A DNA stretch of 64,000 nt from Candidatus Saccharimonadales bacterium (lineage in GTDB: Bacteria > Patescibacteriota > Saccharimonadia > Saccharimonadales > EFPC-124), in contig DASTDY010000063.1 in NCBI GenBank assembly GCA_035710125.1, positions 86,446 through 150,445 on the forward strand. The letters run 5' to 3'. The position numbers and the translations under genes were made by a program. Positions within the stretch are counted from its first letter, which is position 1. Every line of letters begins with the position of its first letter. Of the stretch, positions 37,614-46,076 are shown in pieces. The notes under the pieces are model-generated. The model saw nothing but the letters and a program-made list of their open reading frames with translations. It was not told the DNA's origin and did not search any database.

Positions 37614-37680
37614 TTTTAATCATAACCGCAAATGATTTTGTGAGTCAATATAGGCAGCGCCTGAGTGGTATGATAATTAT

Positions 37681-38151
37681 ATGAAAAAGTCTGAGTCAGG
37701 GTTTGCGCTCATAGGGCTGGTGGTAGTGGCGTGTATCTTGATAGGACTATTTTTAATTGTGTTTTATACATCGGGTACTAATGGCCGTGCACAGTCGGCA
37801 AATAATCAACGCCGTGTTGATGTAAACGCGCTTTTTAACGCGGTTGAGCAATACCGGCAAAACCATAACGGTACGCTCCCCGATGGCATAACCGATAAAC
37901 CAAAAATAATAAGTTCTACGCTAAGCGATGGGGCAGTAAACCTATGCCAGGCGCTTGCGCCGTATCTATCTACGATTCCTATAGATCCGGTGGGTGGGCT
38001 GGCTGTCCCAAGCAACGCTCCATGTACGCAGCAGGGCATGCGCTACAACAGCGGATATACAATCAGAATCACGCAGAGTAAGCAGGTTGTGGTAGAGGCA
38101 CCATCGGCCGAAAACGGCGCTAATATTTTTGCTGGTGTCAAAGAACCCTAA
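37681..38151 (+). CDS. pilin-like protein with atypical N-terminal motif (Gly instead of Glu at +5)
   Basis: MKKSESG|FALIGLVVVACILIGLF, then NNQRRVDVNALFNAVEQY, a typical pilin alpha1 continuation. Confidence 0.6.
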   Translation: MKKSESGFALIGLVVVACILIGLFLIVFYTSGTNGRAQSANNQRRVDVNALFNAVEQYRQNHNGTLPDGITDKPKIISSTLSDGAVNLCQALAPYLSTIPIDPVGGLAVPSNAPCTQQGMRYNSGYTIRITQSKQVVVEAPSAENGANIFAGVKEP

Positions 38152-38154
38152 GCA

Positions 38155-38376
38155 TTATTTTAAAAACGAAGGGAGCTTTTTCCAGAACGAGTACACCTTC
38201 CAGCCACCAACAAGCAATGATACGCCAATAACAATAAAGGTGGCCGCAACTAATGCAAAAAGCACGGCCGGATATATAAGGATCAGAACCGCCAGCGCAA
38301 TAAATACAATGCCCTGCAAATAAAGGGTGATATAAAAATGGCGCACGGTGTCTTTGATTGTTTCAAGCTGTTTCAT
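38155..38376 (-). CDS. small 2-TM membrane protein (DUF308/HdeD-like)
   Basis: MKQLETIKDTVRHFY... followed by two TM helices; listed ORF trimmed to the internal ATG. Confidence 0.5.
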   Translation of the reverse strand: MKQLETIKDTVRHFYITLYLQGIVFIALAVLILIYPAVLFALVAATFIVIGVSLLVGGWKVYSFWKKLPSFLK

Positions 38377-38422
38377 AAAAGTAATCCTTATTACACGCCT
38401 ATTATAGCAACATGGTTGACAG

Positions 38423-38455
38423 AACAACCCGCGCAGCCCGATTGCGCGGGTTGTT
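38423..38455 (-). terminator. perfect 12-bp GC-rich hairpin after cassette F
   Basis: AACAACCCGCGC-9 nt-GCGCGGGTTGTT. Confidence 0.5.
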
Positions 38456-38512
38456 CTGGTAATTCGCAGCGGGTTTCGAGGTGCAGGCCTCTAAAGCCCC
38501 GCGGCTACTTGG

Positions 38513-39337
38513 TTACAGCGTGCCCCATTGGTACCAGGGCAGGTAGTACTGCGCGCCGTACAGGTCTCCGTAGATGCCGTACTTCTGGCCGGAGCCGACG
38601 TACAGGTAGCGGTTGGCCACCCCACCGCTCGGGGCGGGGTAGTCCCAGTGCATGCCGGTGTAGGTGCCAGAGGCTCCGTTCGGGGCAAGCTCGTGGCTCA
38701 GGACCGACGCGTAGGCCGTGCCGCTGTTCTTGTACTGCAGCAGCACGTAGCCGGTGTATCCCGGGTACTTGTAGAACGTCATCGACACGTTGCAGCTGTA
38801 GTTGCGCGACTGCCACTCGTCGTAGTCGTAGACGCCGGTCGACGGGTTGTACGTGTAGAGCGTGGCCGACCACGTGTTGGAGTTGTTTCCCCGGAACGAC
38901 GGGAACGCGTAGCTGTACGCGTTGACGTACCCGTAGAAAACGGTGTAGGCGCCGGTCGCGTAGTTGTAGAAGTAGACGTAGTAGTAGCGGGTGGTACTGG
39001 TGTTGTTCTTGACGCCGGTTTGCACCAGGCCTTGCTGGCAGTACTGGCCGGGCGACACGAAGTCCACGGTCGCTACGTAGCCGGCTTGTGCCGTGACGCC
39101 GCCGTCGACCCGCTTGCCGGTCACGTCGGTCTTGACCGCCGCGGTCTTGCCCCGCTGCTTGTCGGCTACAGCGTCCTTTCCAGGCTCGACCTTTTGGGTC
39201 ACGGTCGAGACTGGCGCCTTGGCGGCGTCGGCGGTGTCAGGCGACGGTGCTGCCAGCGCAGAAGGAACCACCAGCCCCAGGCTCGCCAGCGTGAACACGC
39301 ACGCCATAGCAAGCCTTCTTAGCCGTATGCTTCTCAA
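38513..39337 (-). CDS. secreted Tyr/Gly-rich protein, GC-rich cassette F
   Basis: TTG start 5 nt after GGGAGG. Signal peptide (M)RSIRLRRLAMACVFTLASLGLVVPSALA|AP. The mature part is very Tyr-rich (YYYVYFYNYATGAYTVFYGYVNAYSYAF...). Long shadow ORFs appear in other frames. Confidence 0.7.
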   Translation of the reverse strand: MRSIRLRRLAMACVFTLASLGLVVPSALAAPSPDTADAAKAPVSTVTQKVEPGKDAVADKQRGKTAAVKTDVTGKRVDGGVTAQAGYVATVDFVSPGQYCQQGLVQTGVKNNTSTTRYYYVYFYNYATGAYTVFYGYVNAYSYAFPSFRGNNSNTWSATLYTYNPSTGVYDYDEWQSRNYSCNVSMTFYKYPGYTGYVLLQYKNSGTAYASVLSHELAPNGASGTYTGMHWDYPAPSGGVANRYLYVGSGQKYGIYGDLYGAQYYLPWYQWGTL

Positions 39338-39588
39338 CGAAACCTCCCATTGCAAGATGAACCCTCCGTAAGGGCTCATACCTGCGAGCCGTTTTTGGCC
39401 GCAGGGTGGCGGGCGCGTAAGCATCCACAACACTGCGGCCAATCATTTAACGAACTTTACTTAAGTAACCATTCGCAATTATGTTTTGTTGCGCCCTGGC
39501 CGTCAAGGTATTTTTTGCAGCGCCAGTAGTAGGGCCGCTTGTTGCTATGTGTTCTGCGTGGGATAGGCCTTCGTGCTACACTTACAAC

Positions 39589-40023
39589 ATGGAACAAGCA
39601 GCAGATTTTACACTTAAAGATCAGCACGGAAACACACGCAGCCTACATGAATGGCGTGGTAAATGGGTGGTTTTGTATTTTTACCCCAAAGATGAAACAA
39701 CTGGTTGCACGCAAGAAGCCTGCAGTTTCCGCGATGCAAACGAGGCGCTTTTGGCGCGCGATGCAATAGTGGTCGGCGTTTCTAAGGACTCGCCCGAGAG
39801 CCATGCCAAGTTCATTCGCCACTACCAATTGCCGTTCACCCTTTTGAGCGACCCAGACGGCGAAGTCATGAAACAATATAGTAGTTGGACTCCAATTTTT
39901 GCCAAGCGCCAAACGTTTATCATTAATCCCGAAGGCAATATTGCTAAGGTATACCCAAAGGTCACGCCGGCGCAGCATGCAACCGAAATTCTGAATGATT
40001 TAGCGGTACTGCAATCACACTAG
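39589..40023 (+). CDS. bcp: thiol peroxidase Bcp (peroxiredoxin)
   Basis: VVLYFYPKDETTGCTQEACSFRD; listed ORF trimmed to Met37. Confidence 0.9.
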   Translation: MEQAADFTLKDQHGNTRSLHEWRGKWVVLYFYPKDETTGCTQEACSFRDANEALLARDAIVVGVSKDSPESHAKFIRHYQLPFTLLSDPDGEVMKQYSSWTPIFAKRQTFIINPEGNIAKVYPKVTPAQHATEILNDLAVLQSH

Positions 40024-40059
40024 GCATTTTTACTTAAAATACGGTACACTACAGCATAT

Positions 40060-42705
40060 ATGTGCGGCATTGCAGGATACTTTGGCTTTGCAGATGGCAA
40101 AGCGTTACTTACTACCATGAACCGTGCCCAGGCTCACCGCGGGCCTGACGGCGATGGTTTTTTTACTGATACAAATGTGGGGTTGGCGCACCTGAGGCTT
40201 GCAATCATTGATCGCGACCACGGCCAGCAGCCAATAACTGACTCATCGCAAAACTACACCATTGTGTACAACGGTGAGATCTATAACTACAAAGAGCTGC
40301 GTGCCGAGCTGCAACAAAAGGGCCGTGTTTTTAAAACCAACTCCGACACAGAGGTAGTGCTAGAGGGGTACGCCGAATGGGGCGCTGAGTGTTTCGACAA
40401 ACTCAACGGCATGTTTGCGCTTGCTATCTGGGATAAAGCTAAACAACAGCTGGTGCTTGCCCGGGACCATTTTGGCATTAAACCACTTTATTTTGGCAAC
40501 GCTGGCGATCTTAATAAGCCGCAAATTGTGTTTGCGTCAGAAATCAAAGCTATTTTAGCATCGCAAAAAATAACTTCAGCGCCTAACGACCGGCTCATTT
40601 ACCGCTATTTGGCATTCCGCGCACACGAAGACACGCCCGAGACTTTCTTTAGCGGCATAGAAAAACTCATGCCAGGCGAGATGGTCGTCATAGACAAAAA
40701 AGGCTTGGCTCGCAGTAACTACACTGAACTTCGCGAACAGCTCGCGGTGCTGGCAACTCGGAATAGCCCGTATATGCCGTCGCAAACAGACGAATACCGC
40801 CGCCGTTTAACCGAATCAATCAAAATGCGGCTCATGAGTGAGGTACCTGTTGGTACATGTTTGTCTGGCGGGTTAGACTCTTCAACTATCGCGCTCATTG
40901 TAAACCAATTGCTTGCCAAAAAAGACCAAGCTGCAGGCTCAGTGGGGGCGCAGCAAAATACATTCTCTGCGGTATTCCCTGGCTCAATAAATGACGAAGA
41001 AAAATACATAGACGCCGTGCTCGACAAGGCCAAAGGCAAAGTAGCGTCGCACAAAGTGTACCCAACAGCCGATAGCTTTGCGGCCGACCTTGAGGATTTT
41101 ATCCGCACCCAAGAAGAGCCCACCATCAGCACTGGCCCCTACGCACAGTACAAGGTTATGGAAGAAGCCAGCAAGCACGTTACCGTTTTGCTAGACGGCC
41201 AAGGCGCAGACGAAATGCTGGCAGGCTACTACCCCTATTATTTTGTGTACCTGCGCCAGCTTAAACGTGAAGGCAAGTGGCTAAAACTTGCTACAGAAAT
41301 GCTGCGCTCTGCAGACGTATTATTTAGGTTTTTGCGGTTCCGCATATACGATACGCTCCAGTTCCGCCGAAGGGTTGGGATCCGCCAGTTGTTGGGGGCC
41401 GACTTTAAGGCAGCCCACATCAAGGAATCATTTACGTCGATCCCCGATAACCTTAAGAAGCGGTTTATCCAAGACTTGTTTTATAACAGCATCCCTGCGC
41501 TTTTACGCTACGAAGACAAAAACACCATGCGGTTTGGCTTAGAAGGCCGTGTGCCATTTTTAGATAAAGAAGTAACAAAGTTTTTGTTTGGCCTAAGCGA
41601 TGAGGCAATTATAAGAGGTAGTTGGAACAAACGCATCCTACGGGATGCCACTAAGGGGTTGCTGCCAGAAATGGTGCGGACCCGCCGCAATAAAATTGGC
41701 TTCACCACACCTGAGCAAGAATGGTTTAAGCGGCTTAAAACCCGTTTTTACGGCGTATTTTTGTCGGAAAGCTTTGCTAATAGGCCATATTTTAACCAGC
41801 AAGAAGTGCTGGCGGCGTTCGAAGGGCATATCAAGGGCAGGAACACTACAGACACCATGGTCTTTTGGCGCATGCTAAACGTAGAGCTTTGGTTGCGTGA
41901 ATTTTTTGACCAAAAGGAGAAAACCAAGCAAAAGGCAGAGAAGCCCGACCTAGAGCCCAACCAAGAAAAATCGCTTGATATCACTGCCAACGGCGCAGAT
42001 TTTAGGCGGTACCCACTCCGCACTAAAATGGTGGCGGCAACAGATGACTTAGCGCCATTTGTCACTGACAGGCTCAAGGAGTTCTTTACTACGCTCTCGG
42101 CGGCAAAAAACCACAAACAATACACCGAAAAGCCATGGCAACTTTTTATAAGCGAAAAAATCGTGGCCATAACCCAAGGGCGATCTTACTTTATTTGGGA
42201 TATCAAGCCGAGTTTTTGGGCACGTACTCTCAGTAAATTTGTAGTAAAAACTCCTTATGGAATTGGCCTGGGCAGCCCATGGACCATGCAGCTCGCCATA
42301 GAAGAGGCAGGCTTGGCTAGGATTTTATTTGCATCTGTAGCAGCCGCGGTCGGCAAAGTATTTGGTAAAAAAGGCTTGTTCTACGAGCTTGCCGGCGCAG
42401 ATGTGCGGGCAATAGATGGCCCTACCGAATATTCGGTGTACCCAAGCAACGTATCGGCAAAGTTACCGCCAAAAGATCCCGCAAAGGTTGCGCAGCAGCT
42501 AGATAACGCTATCCGTTCGGCGCTCCCTAAAAAACTACTCGATAACTTTAAGGGTGTAGTTGTAATAGACGCCAACGACCTAGGCCGCAACGTGCTGGGC
42601 CACAACACCAGTCAAAAAGAGGCTCATCTAGAAGCTATCTTTGCCGATAATCCGCTTGGCCAAGGCAGCGAGCGTACGCCGCTTTGCGTGGTGTTTGAGA
42701 AGTAA
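40060..42705 (+). CDS. asparagine synthase (glutamine-hydrolysing)-like enzyme fused to a C-terminal CofE/F420-ligase-like domain
   Basis: N-terminal MCGIAGYF (Ntn Cys) and an SGGLDSS PP-loop. The C-terminal roughly 260 aa aligns by eye to CofE (ISEKIVAITQGR cf STVISKAEGR; LPPKDPAKVAQQL cf LPPLDPDGSAEKL; VVVIDANDLGR cf GVIITDTNGR). Confidence 0.85.
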   Translation: MCGIAGYFGFADGKALLTTMNRAQAHRGPDGDGFFTDTNVGLAHLRLAIIDRDHGQQPITDSSQNYTIVYNGEIYNYKELRAELQQKGRVFKTNSDTEVVLEGYAEWGAECFDKLNGMFALAIWDKAKQQLVLARDHFGIKPLYFGNAGDLNKPQIVFASEIKAILASQKITSAPNDRLIYRYLAFRAHEDTPETFFSGIEKLMPGEMVVIDKKGLARSNYTELREQLAVLATRNSPYMPSQTDEYRRRLTESIKMRLMSEVPVGTCLSGGLDSSTIALIVNQLLAKKDQAAGSVGAQQNTFSAVFPGSINDEEKYIDAVLDKAKGKVASHKVYPTADSFAADLEDFIRTQEEPTISTGPYAQYKVMEEASKHVTVLLDGQGADEMLAGYYPYYFVYLRQLKREGKWLKLATEMLRSADVLFRFLRFRIYDTLQFRRRVGIRQLLGADFKAAHIKESFTSIPDNLKKRFIQDLFYNSIPALLRYEDKNTMRFGLEGRVPFLDKEVTKFLFGLSDEAIIRGSWNKRILRDATKGLLPEMVRTRRNKIGFTTPEQEWFKRLKTRFYGVFLSESFANRPYFNQQEVLAAFEGHIKGRNTTDTMVFWRMLNVELWLREFFDQKEKTKQKAEKPDLEPNQEKSLDITANGADFRRYPLRTKMVAATDDLAPFVTDRLKEFFTTLSAAKNHKQYTEKPWQLFISEKIVAITQGRSYFIWDIKPSFWARTLSKFVVKTPYGIGLGSPWTMQLAIEEAGLARILFASVAAAVGKVFGKKGLFYELAGADVRAIDGPTEYSVYPSNVSAKLPPKDPAKVAQQLDNAIRSALPKKLLDNFKGVVVIDANDLGRNVLGHNTSQKEAHLEAIFADNPLGQGSERTPLCVVFEK

Positions 42706-42737
42706 AAAATTACCACAACGTGATACCATAAAAGTAT

Positions 42738-43112
42738 ATGATTCTTGCCACATTCTTTAGTTGGTGGTACGGGGTGGGTTGGTTGTCCCTTGGCCGTAAG
42801 GTGAGCGGGCGCGTCGTAGGCGTGCTGCGGTTTTTTTCGGTAGGCCAATTAGCCACAAGCTTGTTTGCGCCGTTTAGGCAGATCTCGGCCGGTCGGGTGC
42901 AGGGCCCACTCGGGGTGCAGCTGCGCGCTTGGGGTGATAGGCAGTTTTCGCGGGTGATTGGGGCGATTGTGCGGTTAATGCTTATAGCTTGCGGTCTCGC
43001 AGGGGCATTGTTTTACTCCATAACAGGCCTCATTATGCTCGTTTTATGGCCAGTTATGCCGGTGATGCCGTTGTTTGGGATTATTTTAATGGCAACAGGA
43101 TTCCACTTATGA
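42738..43112 (+). CDS. small polytopic membrane protein
   Basis: 124 aa; its stop overlaps the start of the Clp-like gene (ATGA). Confidence 0.6.
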   Translation: MILATFFSWWYGVGWLSLGRKVSGRVVGVLRFFSVGQLATSLFAPFRQISAGRVQGPLGVQLRAWGDRQFSRVIGAIVRLMLIACGLAGALFYSITGLIMLVLWPVMPVMPLFGIILMATGFHL

Positions 43113-45502
43113 ACCCGGGTATCAACTTAAGTAGTGCCCGTGCGCAACAGGCACGGCTGAGTATTACGCTGGGCAAGGCCTGGATCCGGATTGCGTTAAT
43201 CACGACATTTGTAGTATTGGCTGCAACAGGTGTGTGGTTGCTGCTCATAGGTGTGGCTGCCGGCTGGCTGTTAGTCAGCCTTGCGTTCTGGCCTGTGCTG
43301 CCGCTTATGTGGTACGAATGGTGGCTTAAACAACTTCCACCAACAAAGCATCCCACCACAGTCGATGATGTTCTAGAGGCCGCCGTGCTCGGCCGCATTA
43401 AGGGTAATATGTCGCCACAAGAATTGAGCCAAGTTGCCATGGGTACAGATGGCGGCCATTTTTTTGCGGTGCGCGTTGGTATTGGCCCAAATTTTTTGCG
43501 AGAAATGAGCAGTCCTAACGCGGCCGATAGCGCCATCGTTTGGCAAACCGCTCTGCAATTGCAGCACGACTTAAAGCTCCATAATTTGTCCGCGGCAGTG
43601 TTGGTGGCAGCGTTGGTGCGGGCGGTTCCAAACAAAGACCGCATAATTGCCCAGCTACAGCTTAATTTTGATGACATTTTGGCGACAGTGCATTGGTATC
43701 ACCACCGCAGAGAGCTTGCCGAAATGCACTCCCGTCGCCGCAACACAGGCGGAATAGGCCGCGACCTCAGTTTTGGTTTTACTAATTTATTGAGCCGTTT
43801 TGCGCTGAATGTCACTATGCAAGTTTCGGGTGGTAGCCTCACGCGCGAATTAGAGGCCCACGAACAAGTGCTCGACCAACTCACGCAGCAGCTTTCTAAC
43901 AGTGGCAAGCGCAACGCCGTGCTGGTGGGGCCTACTGGTTCGGGTAAAACAACCCTTGTATACGCCCTGGCCGACCACCTTATAGACGCTACTGTACGTG
44001 TGCCGAGCGACCTGAAGTTCCGCCAGGTTATGGCGCTCGACCCCGCTGCGCTCATTGCGAATGCGCGTGGCCGAGGCGAGCTAGAGTCGCTGCTTACCCA
44101 ATTACTCAACGAAGCCTACGCCGCCAAAAATGTGATCTTGTTTTTTGACAATGCAGAGCTATTTTTTGGCGAAAGTACCGGTGCGGTAGATGTCCGCAAT
44201 ATTTTACTGCCAGTTTTAGAAGGCGGCGCACTCAGGATTATCATGAGCATGGACGAACAGCAATGGCTAAAACTCAGCCGTGCCACTCCTTCACTTACCC
44301 AGCAGCTTAACCGCATTACCGTGCCAAGCCTAAACCAAGACGATACGCTTTTGGTCTGCGAAGATAAAATAATCGAATTTGAATACCGCACTAAAGCTAC
44401 CTACATGTACCAGGCCATGAAACACGCCTACCAGCTTGGGCTACGCTATGTAGCCGACCAAGCTATGCCGGGCCAGGCGCTGCATATCTTAGAGGCGGCT
44501 GCTAAATACCACACCAAAGGCTTTGTAACTATGGCGAGCGTAGACCAAGCTGTAGAACAGCTCTACGGCGTAAAAGTTGCAAACGCCCGCAACACAGACG
44601 AGCGCCAGACACTTTTAAACCTTGAGGACCTTTTGCACAAACGTATGATTAACCAGGTGCGTGCGGTTAGCGCTGTGGCTAACGCCCTGCGCCGCGCCCG
44701 TAGCGGCGTACGCAACCCTAACCGCCCAATTGGCAGCTTTTTGTTCCTAGGCCCGACCGGCGTGGGCAAGACAGAGCTGGCCAAAGCCCTAGCGGCTGTA
44801 TATTTTGGCGGCGAGGATAGGTTGGTGCGGCTCGACCTAAACGAATTCGGCCAGCCTAACGATGTAACTCGGCTTATAGCCGACGGCGCAACCGACCCCC
44901 ATAGCCTAACTGCCCAAATAGCCAAACAGCCGTTTAGTGTGGTGCTGCTAGACGAGATAGAAAAAGCCCACCCCAACGTGCTCAACACCCTGCTGCAACT
45001 ACTCGACGAAGGCGTACTGCGCGACATAAATAACCGCGAGATCAGCTTTAGGGACGCAGTAGTTATTGCTACGAGTAACGCTGGCGCAGACCGTATCCGC
45101 GAATACATATCGCACGGCTACGAGCTGGAACAATTTGAAAAGCAGTTCCAAGACGAGCTTATAAACGCTGGCTACTTTAAGCCCGAATTTTTAAACCGGT
45201 TCGACGAAATCGTAGTGTTTAGGCCACTTAAGCCAGACGAGCTATTGCAGGTGATCGACCTCATGCTCATCGGAGTAAACAAGACGCTCGCCCAGCAACA
45301 GGTCAGCATACAGGTAGACGAAGACGCCAAACGCCGCCTTGTTGAACTTGGCAACGACCCGAGGCTTGGTGCTAGGCCCATGCGCCGCATTGTGCAGCGC
45401 AGCGTAGAAAATATCGTTGCCAAAAGGTTGCTACAAGGCGAGGTTGAGCCAGGCGAGACAGTCCACATAACGCTTTCTGATATAGAAGGAGCATTACAAT
45501 GA
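43109..45502 (+). CDS. membrane-anchored Clp/Hsp100-family AAA+ ATPase (two NBDs)
   Basis: Two N-terminal TM helices. D1 has GPTGSGKTT and ILFFDNAE (Asn replaces the Walker B Glu). D2 has FLGPTGVGKTELAKALA and VVLLDEIEKAHP. No IG[FL] loop was seen. Start trimmed to ATG 43109. Confidence 0.85.
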   Translation: MNPGINLSSARAQQARLSITLGKAWIRIALITTFVVLAATGVWLLLIGVAAGWLLVSLAFWPVLPLMWYEWWLKQLPPTKHPTTVDDVLEAAVLGRIKGNMSPQELSQVAMGTDGGHFFAVRVGIGPNFLREMSSPNAADSAIVWQTALQLQHDLKLHNLSAAVLVAALVRAVPNKDRIIAQLQLNFDDILATVHWYHHRRELAEMHSRRRNTGGIGRDLSFGFTNLLSRFALNVTMQVSGGSLTRELEAHEQVLDQLTQQLSNSGKRNAVLVGPTGSGKTTLVYALADHLIDATVRVPSDLKFRQVMALDPAALIANARGRGELESLLTQLLNEAYAAKNVILFFDNAELFFGESTGAVDVRNILLPVLEGGALRIIMSMDEQQWLKLSRATPSLTQQLNRITVPSLNQDDTLLVCEDKIIEFEYRTKATYMYQAMKHAYQLGLRYVADQAMPGQALHILEAAAKYHTKGFVTMASVDQAVEQLYGVKVANARNTDERQTLLNLEDLLHKRMINQVRAVSAVANALRRARSGVRNPNRPIGSFLFLGPTGVGKTELAKALAAVYFGGEDRLVRLDLNEFGQPNDVTRLIADGATDPHSLTAQIAKQPFSVVLLDEIEKAHPNVLNTLLQLLDEGVLRDINNREISFRDAVVIATSNAGADRIREYISHGYELEQFEKQFQDELINAGYFKPEFLNRFDEIVVFRPLKPDELLQVIDLMLIGVNKTLAQQQVSIQVDEDAKRRLVELGNDPRLGARPMRRIVQRSVENIVAKRLLQGEVEPGETVHITLSDIEGALQ

Positions 45503-46038
45503 AACAAAAGTTTGAACAATACCTAGGGCAGTTAGTATATGGCGCAATCGACGGCTCAGTCACCACCTTTGCGGTAGTGGCGGGCGCTGCCGGTGCCAAG
45601 CTGGGGTCTACAGTGATTATAGTGTTAGGGTTTGCTAACTTGATCGCAGACGGGTTTTCTATGGGCGCAAGTTCGTTTTTGTCTACAAAATCCGAACGTG
45701 ACTTGCAACTTAGTAAAGACCCTGCCTACCAACATGCAAAAACGCCACTGGGCAACGGCGTAGCAACCTTTTTGTCTTTTGTAGTTTTGGGAACGATACC
45801 AATTTTGGTGTATGTGTTCGACGCGCTGCTCAGGCTGCACATTGACGCCGTACCACTCTTTTCGGTCAGCTGTTTCTTAACCGGCGCGGCATTCATGGCA
45901 ATTGGTATAATGAAGGGCCAAATGACCCGTACAAACCCGCTAAAGGCGGCCTTTGAAACGCTCTTACTGGGCGGGGTGGCGGCAATCTTGGCATACGTGC
46001 TGGGCGATGTGCTGGCAAGAGCACTAGGCGCTAACTAG
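45499..46038 (+). CDS. VIT1/CCC1-family (iron/manganese) transporter
   Basis: YGAIDGSVTTFAVVAGAAGA; 179 aa; ATGA overlap with the Clp-like gene. Confidence 0.75.
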   Translation: MKQKFEQYLGQLVYGAIDGSVTTFAVVAGAAGAKLGSTVIIVLGFANLIADGFSMGASSFLSTKSERDLQLSKDPAYQHAKTPLGNGVATFLSFVVLGTIPILVYVFDALLRLHIDAVPLFSVSCFLTGAAFMAIGIMKGQMTRTNPLKAAFETLLLGGVAAILAYVLGDVLARALGAN

Positions 46039-46076
46039 ATTCACCCCTGTTGGTGTGGTATACTTAAACCCGTTAT

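Noticed and set aside
37258-37680. Alternative identities for the structured intergenic RNA: tmRNA, SRP RNA, + strand RNase P, or the 75-aa minus ORF 37396-37623
   Set aside because: There is no tRNA-like acceptor/T-arm ends or tag ORF ending in ..AA, which rules against tmRNA. Only a vague GGAAGG..CAGC resemblance to SRP helix 8 exists. On the + strand the RNase-P-like segments occur in the wrong order and too close together. The ORF is Arg/Ser/Leu-rich without an SD.
38338-39442. Overlapping long ORFs in other frames of cassette F (38338-38925 +, 38528-39322 +, 38505-38873 -) and the N-terminal extension to 39442
   Set aside because: They are Arg/Gly/Val-rich and typical of stop-poor high-GC DNA. 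Only the chosen frame has an SD, a signal peptide and protein-like composition. The extension upstream of TTG 39337 lies before the SD.
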